The translations under genes and the position numbers were made by a program. Shown piece by piece: positions 1 to 9,332 of a stretch of 64,000 nt of DNA (its first letter is position 1; the number at the start of each line of letters is the position of its first letter). This DNA comes from a virus. Lineage: Duplodnaviria; Caudoviricetes. The stretch spans positions 64,001-128,000 of IMG/VR virus record IMGVR_UViG_3300042997_002652, one strand, 5' to 3'. The notes under the pieces were generated by a model that saw only the letters and a program-made list of their open reading frames with translations, did no database searches and was not told where the DNA came from.

Positions 1-671
1 GCATTAGCTCCCAATGATGCTAATGCTAAAGCACCCCCTGCTACAACGTCTTTCCAGCCCTCCGCTACACCTTCTTCATTTACTTGATCACCAATAATAC
101 CGGCATCTAACATTTTTACTGCTACATCAGCCAGCTTTTTGTTTTGTTGTGTTCTAGGGTATAAACTCATTACCATTGCTAATTTTTGTCTTTCGTTTAA
201 GTTAGGCCAAGCGTTTCTTATTTCTGTCGCGCTTTTAATACCGGGTCCAAACTCAATAGTCGGTAAGTATTCCATGTAAGCATGTTTATTAAAAGATTCT
301 AAATTATCGGGATCATATGGTTGAAAGTATGAAGGTGATCCATCTTTTTTAGTACCACCGGGCTTAGGCTGTTCGTCTCTATCTTTTTCGCTTCTAACAA
401 ATATTAATACATCTTGTTCAGGATTATATTTTTGAGTAATTTCTTCAGCTTTGAAAGGACTTTTTACTTGAACAAATTGATCAGGATTAACTCCAGCTAA
501 TTGTGCTAGTTTCTTTTTAATTTCAAAAGGGAACGGACGAGTTTTGGTATCGTTAGTAGCTGCTAAGTATACATCAGCATCAGGAAACTTTTCTTCTGCT
601 GCTTTAAACAGCGAATAATGTCCTGCATGATACGGGTGATAGCCACCTGGAAGTACTACGATCTTTTTCAT
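1..671 (-). CDS. HxGH nucleotidyltransferase (cytidylyltransferase-like); 3' end runs off the window
   Basis: Not in the ORF track. Hand translation from ATG at 671: MKKIVVLPGGYHPYHAGHYSLFKAAEEKFPDADVYLAAT...KSATEIR...VNEEGVAEGWKDVVAGGALALASLG. Contains the PGGxHPxHxGH signature and an SATEIR (KMSKS-equivalent) motif; open to position 1. Confidence 0.8.
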   Translation of the reverse strand, partial: MKKIVVLPGGYHPYHAGHYSLFKAAEEKFPDADVYLAATNDTKTRPFPFEIKKKLAQLAGVNPDQFVQVKSPFKAEEITQKYNPEQDVLIFVRSEKDRDEQPKPGGTKKDGSPSYFQPYDPDNLESFNKHAYMEYLPTIEFGPGIKSATEIRNAWPNLNERQKLAMVMSLYPRTQQNKKLADVAVKMLDAGIIGDQVNEEGVAEGWKDVVAGGALALASLGAN

Positions 672-679
672 GTTAGTCC

Positions 680-1048
680 TTAATAAGAAATTTTAACATA
701 TTGTACAACGCCGTTAGCAAAGTCTTTTATCTTTGCTCTCATATACACAAAATTTCCAGTAATATTTTGATATGCGTTTATTGTACTGTTTGTGTTGGAA
801 TTGTTATCAGCTTCTACTTCATAAACCTTGAACCAATCACCTGATCCCGGTTCAGTAGCAAGAGTAGCTTCAATTTCTAAGTTACCAGTGACATTTGTAA
901 AACTATAAGTTATAGTTTGCAAGTCTTGATTACCCAAATAATAAGCAGCGGCGGGTTGAGCATTACCAGTAACAGTATACACATTAGCGGTTCCGCCACC
1001 GTCGTATGTAGTTTGCGGTAATAGAATGAGTGTAGAAGTTTGTGACAT
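680..1048 (-). CDS. Hypothetical beta-rich protein, probably virion-associated
   Basis: ORF track; resembles the C-terminal domain of 47635..48402 (xIEAT/xIQGS...W..GNFVYMR/GFHPFVR). Confidence 0.6.
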   Translation of the reverse strand: MSQTSTLILLPQTTYDGGGTANVYTVTGNAQPAAAYYLGNQDLQTITYSFTNVTGNLEIEATLATEPGSGDWFKVYEVEADNNSNTNSTINAYQNITGNFVYMRAKIKDFANGVVQYVKISY

Positions 1049-1209
1049 TAGGCTTTTTCAACCTCAACTATCACACTATCACCTACCAACTCTTGAGCAA
1101 CTTGTTCTAGCGCCGCTTGTAAATCATTAGTTACAATACCCTGAGTAACATCGTCTTTTACTAATTTGCTTAGCTTGATTACGATGATTTCTTCTACGAT
1201 TTTAGCCAT
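1048..1209 (-). CDS. Small hypothetical protein (53 aa)
   Basis: Hand translation MAKIVEEIIVIKLSKLVKDDVTQGIVTNDLQAALEQVAQELVGDSVIVEVEKA; TAATG overlap with the next gene; late promoter upstream. Confidence 0.75.
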   Translation of the reverse strand: MAKIVEEIIVIKLSKLVKDDVTQGIVTNDLQAALEQVAQELVGDSVIVEVEKA

Positions 1210-1244
1210 GTAAATACCCTATAAATATATAGAGTATTTATCTC

Positions 1245-1925
1245 TTAAGGACGTTTTTCTAACTTATAATTTTTACCCAAGCATTCGTTAAAAAGTAAGT
1301 GCATTAATGTTAGTGTACTAGGGTCATTGTAGTTAATAAAGTAATTGTTAGTCAAATATTTACGATACCTTATACCCCAACGATTACTATTAACATAATC
1401 TTTTAATGCGCCACATAATTGTATATCTAGTGAATACTCATATCTTTTGCTAAAGTCTCTTAAATCCGATATCAAAGTTTCATTTACTCTGATACCTTTT
1501 AAGTATACTCTAAACTTAAAAGAGGGGTCTTTTGCAAAATACATTATTGCAGGCGGAGCCGGTAATGCTTGAATTATTTCTATGTTGTTATCAATTTGAT
1601 ACAACTCTTTTAAAATATCTATATTAGAAGTATAAACAGATAATGCTAAATGATCATGTAAAAAAGTAACTTCTTTATTACATGAATAGTTATTATAAAA
1701 CCCTATTAGCTTTTCACATACATCTAAGTTGAGTTGAGTTAGCTTAGGTACTGGTACCTTATACCAAGCAGTTGAATTATTTTTTCGTGCCATGCTGATC
1801 TTTCGTTTAAAATGATCCAAGTCCCTAGTGTTAGAAACAAATCTAACACCAAGGTACTTTAAAATCACACGATAACAAAACTTATTATAAAAAAGCTTAT
1901 TACGCTCAGTCAGGGTTATGTTCAC
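1245..1925 (-). CDS. Hypothetical protein
   Basis: ORF track, overlaps the clpA stop. Confidence 0.6.
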   Translation of the reverse strand: MNITLTERNKLFYNKFCYRVILKYLGVRFVSNTRDLDHFKRKISMARKNNSTAWYKVPVPKLTQLNLDVCEKLIGFYNNYSCNKEVTFLHDHLALSVYTSNIDILKELYQIDNNIEIIQALPAPPAIMYFAKDPSFKFRVYLKGIRVNETLISDLRDFSKRYEYSLDIQLCGALKDYVNSNRWGIRYRKYLTNNYFINYNDPSTLTLMHLLFNECLGKNYKLEKRP

Positions 1926-4185
1926 TACTAACCTCTATAATACCTTGATCATTAAGTTTAGCTGTTACTTTGTTGGTCACATTAAACACAATTTCATCAT
2001 TTTCAATGATAGCCATGATGTTTGAATCTTTAATGCGTTCAAACAAAATCTTTTTACTCAAGGGTACTCTGATCATTTCATCAATCTTACGAGCCAGGGG
2101 TCTTGCTCCCATTTTGTTATCATAACCTTTATCAGCTAGATATTCAATAACCGGTTCGCTCAAGTTAAGAGTAATGTTGTGTTTTTCCAACAAGCTCTTT
2201 TTAACATCTTCAGTAAACTTAATAACAATCTTTTTAATAGAAAGCATATCAAGCTTTTTAAACTTGCAAACCATGTCTAATCTGTTTCTAAACTCTGGCT
2301 TAAAAAAGTCTTTAAGTGCTTTATCATCTTCACCAGTTTTTTCTTGTGTACCAAATCCAATGGCGTTCTTTTCGCTATCAGCCGAACCTAGGTTAGAAGT
2401 CAAGATAATAACAGTGTTCTTACAACTAACTTTCTTACCATTAGACCCAGTGATCGTACCTTCGTCAAGAATTTGCAAAAAGATATTAAAAATATCTGGA
2501 TGTGCTTTTTCAACTTCGTCAAACAACATGATAGCATGTGGATTCTTGCTTAGATCAGAGATAAGTCTTCCTCCCTGAACCTGACTATCACCGAAACCAA
2601 CATATCCCGGAGGAGGTCCGATCAATGATGATACTGAATGCTTTTCACTGTATTCGCTCATGTCGTATTTGAGCAATGGCATTTCTAGATTCTTACTTAA
2701 GAGTTTAGCCAATTCAGTTTTACCAGTACCTGTCGGGCCTAAGAACAAAAAGCTTGCAATGGGCTTAGTTTCATTACCAATGCCTGCAAATGATACATAC
2801 ACTCGCTCAAGAACCTTATCAACTGTGTCATCTTGACCGTATAGTTTTGATTTAATGCCCGCGTCCAAATTATTAATGCGTTCATAGTTGTTGTTTGAAA
2901 GCTTGTCAGCAGGAACCCCTGTATATTTTTCTACTTGTTCATGAATAAGCTCTTTAGTTATTTTAGCTTCTTTGTTGCCTAAGACTCGTTGCTTGGCACA
3001 CGCAGCATCTAGCAAGTCAATTGCTTTGTCGGGATTTTTGCGATCATGAATATAACGATCAGCACTTTCTACTGCTGCTTTAATAGCTTCTTCTGTAATA
3101 TCTACAGAGTGAAAATCGTTTAATCTTGCTGACAATCCATTTAAGATTCTAATAGTAGAATCATGTGATGGTTCATCAATTGAAATTTTGTAGAACCTGC
3201 GCATCAAAGCACGATCTTTCTCAAAAGATTCGTAAAACTCTTCCCAAGTTGTTGATGCTATAACTTTTAAGTTACCTTTAGTAATAGCTGGTTTAATCAT
3301 ATTAGCAAAGTCAACTGATCCGTTACTTGTGCCGCCTGCTTGCATGGTATGTGCTTCATCAATAAACAAGATAGCATTTTTCTTAGTTGCCAATGCTTCT
3401 AACACAGTTTTTACTTTTTCTTCAAAATCACCGCGATATCTAGAACCAGCAAGTAAACTACCTATTTCAAGAGAATACAATTCAAATCCTTCTAGAAACT
3501 CGGGAATATCCCCACTAATAATAGCGTTTGCTATACCTTCAGCAATTGCAGTTTTACCTACACCTGGATCACCTACCATAAGTACATTAGCTTTAAATCT
3601 TTTAGCTAACACATTTACAATGTCATCTATTTCTTTTGATCTACCGATAACTGGTTCTAGTTTATTTTCTCTTGCTAATTGAGTAAGATTAATAGTAAAC
3701 TCTTCCAAAATATCATCAGCTTGATTAGATGTTAAAGAAGTAGTGTAGTCGCCACCTTTATAATTCTTTTGCCAGTGCTGCGCAAACTCATTTCTAAATA
3801 CACCATACTTTAACAAAAAGTAATGGGCATGTGAGTTGTTTTCAGAAGTTAAACTAAGATACAAATCAATAGTAGTTACTTGTTTTCTATTAGTAAAAAG
3901 AACTTGGGTAACACTACGATTCATTGCTCGTTCTAATGTATTCGTTCTTTTGGGAGTAACATTAAGTTCAACAGATTCAATAGAATGTAATCCATCTAAG
4001 TAAGAACTTATCTCATCAGTCATCAATCCTGTGTCTATTCCAAAAGAGTTTAAACATTTTTTAAAGGGAGGATGAATAACTAATGCAAGCAATAAATGCT
4101 CTAGTGTTACATACTCGTGTTTGCGGGATTTTGCTTGTTCTATTGCCTGTTCAATGATACTTTCAATTTCGGGACTGGTGTTCAA
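1906..4185 (-). CDS. clpA: ClpA-type AAA+ unfoldase (two NBDs)
   Basis: Clp N-domain (HEYVTLEHLLLAL); Walker A GDPGVGKT and GPTGTGKT; Walker B LFIDE and LFDE; pore loop GYVG; IGF loop (NAIGFG); no ClpB middle domain; TTG start with AAGGAG SD. Confidence 0.93.
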   Translation of the reverse strand: MNTSPEIESIIEQAIEQAKSRKHEYVTLEHLLLALVIHPPFKKCLNSFGIDTGLMTDEISSYLDGLHSIESVELNVTPKRTNTLERAMNRSVTQVLFTNRKQVTTIDLYLSLTSENNSHAHYFLLKYGVFRNEFAQHWQKNYKGGDYTTSLTSNQADDILEEFTINLTQLARENKLEPVIGRSKEIDDIVNVLAKRFKANVLMVGDPGVGKTAIAEGIANAIISGDIPEFLEGFELYSLEIGSLLAGSRYRGDFEEKVKTVLEALATKKNAILFIDEAHTMQAGGTSNGSVDFANMIKPAITKGNLKVIASTTWEEFYESFEKDRALMRRFYKISIDEPSHDSTIRILNGLSARLNDFHSVDITEEAIKAAVESADRYIHDRKNPDKAIDLLDAACAKQRVLGNKEAKITKELIHEQVEKYTGVPADKLSNNNYERINNLDAGIKSKLYGQDDTVDKVLERVYVSFAGIGNETKPIASFLFLGPTGTGKTELAKLLSKNLEMPLLKYDMSEYSEKHSVSSLIGPPPGYVGFGDSQVQGGRLISDLSKNPHAIMLFDEVEKAHPDIFNIFLQILDEGTITGSNGKKVSCKNTVIILTSNLGSADSEKNAIGFGTQEKTGEDDKALKDFFKPEFRNRLDMVCKFKKLDMLSIKKIVIKFTEDVKKSLLEKHNITLNLSEPVIEYLADKGYDNKMGARPLARKIDEMIRVPLSKKILFERIKDSNIMAIIENDEIVFNVTNKVTAKLNDQGIIEVSSEHNPD

Positions 4186-4202
4186 CTTTTACTCCTTTTG
4201 AT

Positions 4203-4994
4203 TTATTTGGTTGTTCTTTCTAAATGATCGTTAATAGCTGTAGTTATTTCATGACTTATATTATCAGGCATATAAGGTTTTAGCAAGATAAATTGGTCTC
4301 CGTATCCATTTTTTTTATCGGGCATACCTGCTTTGGGTATTTTAAGTTGCATATAAGGTTGTGTTTTGGGATTTATTTTAACTTCTAGAATTCGTTGATC
4401 TATTGTTGTAAACTTAAACTTAGTACCAACTATTAAATCTAATATAGAAATGGAATAGTGAGAGTACAAATCATTTCCTTTTCTGTCAAATCTCAAATCA
4501 GGTAAAACAACAAATTGCACTAACAATATTGCATTTTCTATTACATCGTCATATCTAATAGAATCTCCGGTTTCAATTCCTGGAGGTACATTAATATTTA
4601 TTATTTTACTACCAGAATGAGTAGACAACTGCAAAACATGTGTAGATCCTTTAAAAGCATCTACTAATGACACACTAACTTGAGTTTTAAATGTTTGTTT
4701 TTGATTATGGGCATAGTTGTGTTGTCTACCTCCGAAAAACTGACTAAAGATAGTATCAAATTCAGCGGAATTCATATTAAACCCAAATTGCTGCTGATTT
4801 CTAGATGGGTTATCGTACTGTTGTCTTTTTATTGGGTCGCCCAATGTATCATATGCTTCTTGGATTTTTTTGAATTGAACATCATCTCCGTTATTTCGGT
4901 CAGGATGATATTTCATAGCTAATTTTTTATAGGCTTTTTTGATATCTTCTTGAGAAGATTTATTGTCTATGCCTAATATTGAATAATATTCCAT
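4203..4994 (-). CDS. dnaJ: DnaJ/CbpA-like J-domain co-chaperone (class B, no Zn finger)
   Basis: YYSILG...[18 protein letters not shown]-domain with HPD; C-terminal substrate-binding domain (G-GDQFI). Confidence 0.9.
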   Translation of the reverse strand: MEYYSILGIDNKSSQEDIKKAYKKLAMKYHPDRNNGDDVQFKKIQEAYDTLGDPIKRQQYDNPSRNQQQFGFNMNSAEFDTIFSQFFGGRQHNYAHNQKQTFKTQVSVSLVDAFKGSTHVLQLSTHSGSKIININVPPGIETGDSIRYDDVIENAILLVQFVVLPDLRFDRKGNDLYSHYSISILDLIVGTKFKFTTIDQRILEVKINPKTQPYMQLKIPKAGMPDKKNGYGDQFILLKPYMPDNISHEITTAINDHLERTTK

Positions 4995-4999
4995 TGTTT

Positions 5000-5028
5000 A
5001 TTATACAACACGATTTAGATAATGTCAA
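5000..5028 (-). promoter_or_regulatory. sigma70-type promoter of dnaJ-clpA, apparently leaderless
   Basis: TTGACA-17-TATAAT; ATG 5 nt downstream of the -10. Confidence 0.85.
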
Positions 5029-5032
5029 TGGT

Positions 5033-5575
5033 TTAAAGCCCTGCGGACATAATAAAATCTTTTAATAGTGCGTCTTTTTCCCCAAAAAGTTTTTTAGGTT
5101 CTAATCCAGCTGCTACTCGCATTTCATTAAGTTCTGATTCATCTTCTTTTTCGGATTTGTACTCGTTTGGGTTTAGAATAACCTTTTCTCGTATTATTTC
5201 TTCACTAGCTGGGTATTCTTTGCTATCAATTTGTATTACCCAATCTTTCATTTGTATTCCAGTAAGTGTTTTTAAATCGTTTAATAATTCAATAACACGC
5301 TGAGGTACTCTTGATCTTCTGTCCAATTCTACGAACACTACATACTTTCCCGGAGCAAGCTCACCTTCACTAGTACTAGCATCAATAACAAAATCATAAC
5401 CCTTTTCAAACCAAGATACCAAATCTTCACCTGCCAATTCGGATTTTACAATAAATGACAGTGTTACTACCTCGTGATCTGGACCCATTTTAGCAGCATA
5501 TTCATCTATAGAAATCTTAGATTCTAATTGTCCTTCCATATCCAAATAATCTAAACTTTCTTTTATAATAGTCAT
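5033..5575 (-). CDS. Hypothetical protein, possibly head-packaged
   Basis: N-terminal IIKE|S and C-terminal ELNEMRVAAGL / FIMSAGL motifs. Confidence 0.6.
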   Translation of the reverse strand: MTIIKESLDYLDMEGQLESKISIDEYAAKMGPDHEVVTLSFIVKSELAGEDLVSWFEKGYDFVIDASTSEGELAPGKYVVFVELDRRSRVPQRVIELLNDLKTLTGIQMKDWVIQIDSKEYPASEEIIREKVILNPNEYKSEKEDESELNEMRVAAGLEPKKLFGEKDALLKDFIMSAGL

Positions 5576-6160
5576 TTATATCTGCTCTGATGGTAATGCT
5601 GGTTGATCCATATCTTCTTGTTCAGAATCTTCTATTTTTGACGCATCTTTGTCTAAATCTTCGTTATATGCATCTTCAATATCTGCTAAGTCAATAGTGC
5701 TATCTGCTAAGTCAATAGATCCCTCTTTAATAGAATCCATTAGTGCTAAAGGTATTTCTATTTTTACGAACCAAACTTTTCTTTCTTTCATCTTGGGATA
5801 ATTACCGCCCGGGACCAAGTCTTCATAGTCTCTTACTTCAACTGGAACTTTTATTTCAGATTTAGCAAATTCTACTTTGCATCCAATCTTTAATAATCTT
5901 ACAGCACCTCTGGGATCAGGCATCATTTTGTACGGCCACATGAAAATGCAAGTTGCTGTGTATCTTCCTACATCAGGACCTTGAACTAACTCACCGTTAA
6001 TCCAATTTTTAAATGCATAAACATCAGCATCATCTATAACTCTTTCATAGTCTAACAAAGTGGACATTGTGCCGTCACTAGTGTATATACCTTTTACAGT
6101 ATCTACGATACTAATAAAGTTAATGGTGTCAAAGAATTTATCTGCGGTTTTTGTTTTCAT
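5576..6160 (-). CDS. Hypothetical late protein
   Basis: ORF track starts at 6175; a likelier start is ATG 6160 (MKTKTADK), 5 nt after ATAAATA. Confidence 0.6.
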   Translation of the reverse strand: MKTKTADKFFDTINFISIVDTVKGIYTSDGTMSTLLDYERVIDDADVYAFKNWINGELVQGPDVGRYTATCIFMWPYKMMPDPRGAVRLLKIGCKVEFAKSEIKVPVEVRDYEDLVPGGNYPKMKERKVWFVKIEIPLALMDSIKEGSIDLADSTIDLADIEDAYNEDLDKDASKIEDSEQEDMDQPALPSEQI

Positions 6161-6165
6161 ATACT

Positions 6166-6172
6166 TATTTAT
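6166..6172 (-). promoter_or_regulatory. T4-gp55-type late promoter motif (A/C)TAAATA (representative site)
   Basis: Same heptamer upstream of late genes at 1235, 11791, 16864, 20587, 21098, 21930, 23978, 27654, 29547, 31863, 37142, 37708, 39450, 41571, 42507, 43008, 45192 and 48429 (minus) and 27716, 31921 and 48471 (plus). Confidence 0.85.
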
Positions 6173-6326
6173 CACTTATTATAAAACACAACGGTAAAAA
6201 TACTTAATCGGAACATTCATATATTTATCATAAGCTAACTACTTTTAATAGTACAGTCTTACGCGCATATTACCTACTTAAATATTAATGAAGCATAGCT
6301 TCATGTAAAACAAAAGGAGAACACAC

Positions 6327-7118
6327 TTGAGCAAAAGAAAAACCGGTGCATTACGAAAGAAAGATCCAAGATTCACTAGACAAGAAATGAACTCGTATGA
6401 TGATAGTAAAACATTCTATACTAAAGAATCTAAAACAGTGATAGATTTTAATCAAGCTCAGCAAAAACAAAAACCCCGCAGAAAAATTGAACTTATTCCA
6501 AAAAGCGTAAACCAAGAAAAATATATTTTATCACTTACTGATCCAGAAAAAGATGTAGTTATCTCTTCAGGACCAGCAGGTACAGGTAAAACTTATCTAG
6601 CGGTATTAGCTGCTATACAAGCATTACGAGACGGGGAATGCGAAAAGATAATATTGACGAGGCCGGCGGTATCAGTAGACGATGAAGATCATGGATTCTT
6701 ACCAGGAGACTTAAATCAGAAGATGGAACCATGGGTGCGTCCTTTATATGATGTTCTCAATGAATTTTATAGTGCAACAGAATTAAAGTATATGTTAGAC
6801 GAACATGTGATAGAAATTACACCACTTGGTTTTTGTCGAGGCAGAACTTTTAAAAATAGTTGGATTATTGTGGATGAAAGCCAGAATAGCACACCCGTTC
6901 AACTCAAGATGTTATTAACTAGAATAGGCGAAGGTAGTAAGATTATCATTACAGGCGACATTGAACAAACAGATCGCCAAACATCTCAAAACGGCCTACT
7001 AGATTTAGTAACACGAGTAGAAAAATGTGCAGTGCCTGGAATGACTGTCTGCAAATTTGACACTAAAGATATAAGGAGGCATAAGATTATAGAACATATA
7101 CTTAAGATGTACTCATAA
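6327..7118 (+). CDS. phoH: PhoH-family ATPase
   Basis: GPAGTGKTYLA, LTRPAV, GFLPGDLNQK, RGRTF, DESQN, GDIEQTD; TTG start after AAGGAG. Confidence 0.95.
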   Translation: MSKRKTGALRKKDPRFTRQEMNSYDDSKTFYTKESKTVIDFNQAQQKQKPRRKIELIPKSVNQEKYILSLTDPEKDVVISSGPAGTGKTYLAVLAAIQALRDGECEKIILTRPAVSVDDEDHGFLPGDLNQKMEPWVRPLYDVLNEFYSATELKYMLDEHVIEITPLGFCRGRTFKNSWIIVDESQNSTPVQLKMLLTRIGEGSKIIITGDIEQTDRQTSQNGLLDLVTRVEKCAVPGMTVCKFDTKDIRRHKIIEHILKMYS

Positions 7119-7121
7119 AAT

Positions 7122-7144
7122 AAAACGGGGCTTAGCCCCGTTTT
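7122..7144. terminator. Bidirectional intrinsic terminator
   Basis: aaaacggggc-tta-gccccgtttt between convergent genes. Confidence 0.85.
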
Positions 7145-7432
7145 TTATTTTGTTTTCTTAAGTTTGGATAGTTGATTTTTTGTTATTATCGCTTCTTTTT
7201 CTAACTGATCAATGATATTAGGGTATATTTTTTTATAATAAATATTCATTTTGTCAAAATCAGTATCAACCTTTTTACCTTCAATTACACACTTTTCTAC
7301 TTTTTTGTCCGCATAATCAATAATAACATTAGAAGTATTGATATCGGATTCTTGAAGTCGTTTGGATGTCTTAACCATTTCATCAATTTGACCACCCTTT
7401 CTTCTAAAAAATGATATTAACAAATAACGCAT
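7145..7432 (-). CDS. Hypothetical protein
   Basis: ORF track, operonic with the clamp loader. Confidence 0.65.
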   Translation of the reverse strand: MRYLLISFFRRKGGQIDEMVKTSKRLQESDINTSNVIIDYADKKVEKCVIEGKKVDTDFDKMNIYYKKIYPNIIDQLEKEAIITKNQLSKLKKTK

Positions 7433-7433
7433 T

Positions 7434-8363
7434 TTAACTCCCTGTTAGCTCAGCAAGTGTAGCTGCTAAACTTATTTCAGGTATACCCACAAGAGGAAGA
7501 CTAGCCAAGCCATTTCTAATAGTGATAATAGACTGATCTTTCTTATCGTTAGTCTTACCCCAAAGATCAAGATTGTTGTACATCCACCGATATGTATTTT
7601 CTACTCTTGTTGGATAAAGAGCAATGTACTGCATTAGTTGCTGTCTACCTTCAAGAATCTTACCTGTTTTAAATAACTGTGCAGCTTGAGTCAATAACTC
7701 TTCTTCACCATTACCTTCAGAATGAGGAGGTTGTAATTTTCCTGTACCTGAGTTAGCTTGTAGCTGATTCAAACACTTGCGCAAATCTGGATAACAGCCG
7801 CGAACATAGCTATCTAAGTCTTCTAGTGTAAAATCTATGTTTTCGGTAACAAGAACCGTTGCTGCTCTAGCAGTAAATTCAGTAATATCAGGTTTTGCAA
7901 TGTGAAACTTAGTACATCTGCTTTCTCTTAGTGCAGGAATAATCTTGTGCTCATAGTTACAAGTAAGAATAAATCTTACTGTATTAGCATAAGCTTCCAT
8001 ATCGTTTCTAAGTGCTGCTTGAAACTCAGGAGAAGTGTAATCAGCTTCGTCTAGCAAGATAACTTTGAATTTACCAAAAGGCATTGTTTCAGCAAAGTTA
8101 TTGATTTTAGTTCTAACAATACCTACGCCGTTATCTCTAGAAGCGTTAATCTCCATTACATCGTATTCTTCTACGCCAAGCTCTTTGATTAGAACTTTTG
8201 CCAGTGTAGTCTTACCGGTGCCTGGATCACCGGATAACAGTAAGTGAGGGATCATTCCATCTTTGATCCATTGATTAACGATTTGTTTTTGTCTTTCATC
8301 AACAAAAACATATTCATTTACAGATTTAGGCCTGTATGCCTCAACCCAAAGTCTATTCTTCAT
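7434..8363 (-). CDS. gp44: Sliding-clamp loader large subunit (T4 gp44/RFC-like)
   Basis: LWVEAYRPKS, GDPGTGKTT, EINAS, ILLDEAD, FILTCNY, SRC. Confidence 0.93.
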   Translation of the reverse strand: MKNRLWVEAYRPKSVNEYVFVDERQKQIVNQWIKDGMIPHLLLSGDPGTGKTTLAKVLIKELGVEEYDVMEINASRDNGVGIVRTKINNFAETMPFGKFKVILLDEADYTSPEFQAALRNDMEAYANTVRFILTCNYEHKIIPALRESRCTKFHIAKPDITEFTARAATVLVTENIDFTLEDLDSYVRGCYPDLRKCLNQLQANSGTGKLQPPHSEGNGEEELLTQAAQLFKTGKILEGRQQLMQYIALYPTRVENTYRWMYNNLDLWGKTNDKKDQSIITIRNGLASLPLVGIPEISLAATLAELTGS

Positions 8364-8366
8364 TAA

Positions 8367-8672
8367 TTATCTCTTGATTGCTTCGTATGTTACAATGTGT
8401 GCTAGTCTCTCACCCAAATCTTGTTCGGATGTAACTATGTATAAACTGGTTTGACTGTCGTGGTTTTTATCATAACTACGTGTTTCTACTACATGCCCGC
8501 CGTCAGCTTTGTACACAGTAAACCTAGTACCGTTAGAGTCAATAGAATCAACTGACTTAGGCGATAGTGAATTTGCTATTGAAGGTCTATCCCCTCTTGT
8601 TTTTTCGTATTCACGCGCATTTTCCCACGCTTCACGGCACATATTTGCAAACCATTTCTTAAAAAATTTCAT
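8367..8672 (-). CDS. Hypothetical protein
   Basis: ORF track, operonic. Confidence 0.6.
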   Translation of the reverse strand: MKFFKKWFANMCREAWENAREYEKTRGDRPSIANSLSPKSVDSIDSNGTRFTVYKADGGHVVETRSYDKNHDSQTSLYIVTSEQDLGERLAHIVTYEAIKR

Positions 8673-9070
8673 TAGATTCCCTTATCACTCATGTTATAGT
8701 CTTCAACTTTTTCATCGCTTACTAATAGTATATCTTTATTGTCTACTTTGCGAACAATTTGGACACCTTCAGCGTCTTCAATCTTTACACCTCTAGTCCA
8801 TCTTCCGTGTGCGATATAAATCCATTTCCCGACTTCTAAATCTTTTTGATCTGGACCGATCGCATAAACTCTAGCCCAACGAGGTCTGATACCAGAATTT
8901 TTCATATCATCATTTGGAAGAATAAGACCTGCATGACTCAATCTTTCACCAAATTCCATTTGATGAACAACTACAGAATCTTTAAGAGGTAAAAACTCTT
9001 CTACTTGAATAGCATTCGTATTTTTAGCTGTTAACATAATATCCTTACTTAATAATTGCCAAAATTTCAT
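8672..9070 (-). CDS. groES: Divergent GroES-like co-chaperonin
   Basis: FLPLKDSVVV...AGLILP...ARVYAIGPD...EVGKWI...DILLV; true start probably the second Met (~9037). Confidence 0.75.
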   Translation of the reverse strand: MKFWQLLSKDIMLTAKNTNAIQVEEFLPLKDSVVVHQMEFGERLSHAGLILPNDDMKNSGIRPRWARVYAIGPDQKDLEVGKWIYIAHGRWTRGVKIEDAEGVQIVRKVDNKDILLVSDEKVEDYNMSDKGI

Positions 9071-9332
9071 CTTCTTGTAGAATGCGGTACTCTTGATCTT
9101 CTACTTTTACTACTTGACCCGCGCCTTGAACGAAAAGAACTTTGTCACCCTCATTAACTCCGGGTACTACAAAAGTGCCATTTTCTAAATAAGTTCCAGG
9201 ACCTACAGCAATTACGATACCTTGATTAGGTTTATCTGCTGCCGCGCCTGCTAAGATAAGACCGCCTGCACTCTTTTTTATTGTTTCAACTTCTTTAACT
9301 ACTATTCTGCCTTGTATTGGTTTAATCTTCAT
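9045..9332 (-). CDS. groES: Canonical GroES co-chaperonin
   Basis: MKIKPIQGRIVV...KSAGGLIL...GIVIAVGPG...GDKVLF...EDEILAII. Confidence 0.93.
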   Translation of the reverse strand: MKIKPIQGRIVVKEVETIKKSAGGLILAGAAADKPNQGIVIAVGPGTYLENGTFVVPGVNEGDKVLFVQGAGQVVKVEDQEYRILQEDEILAIIK

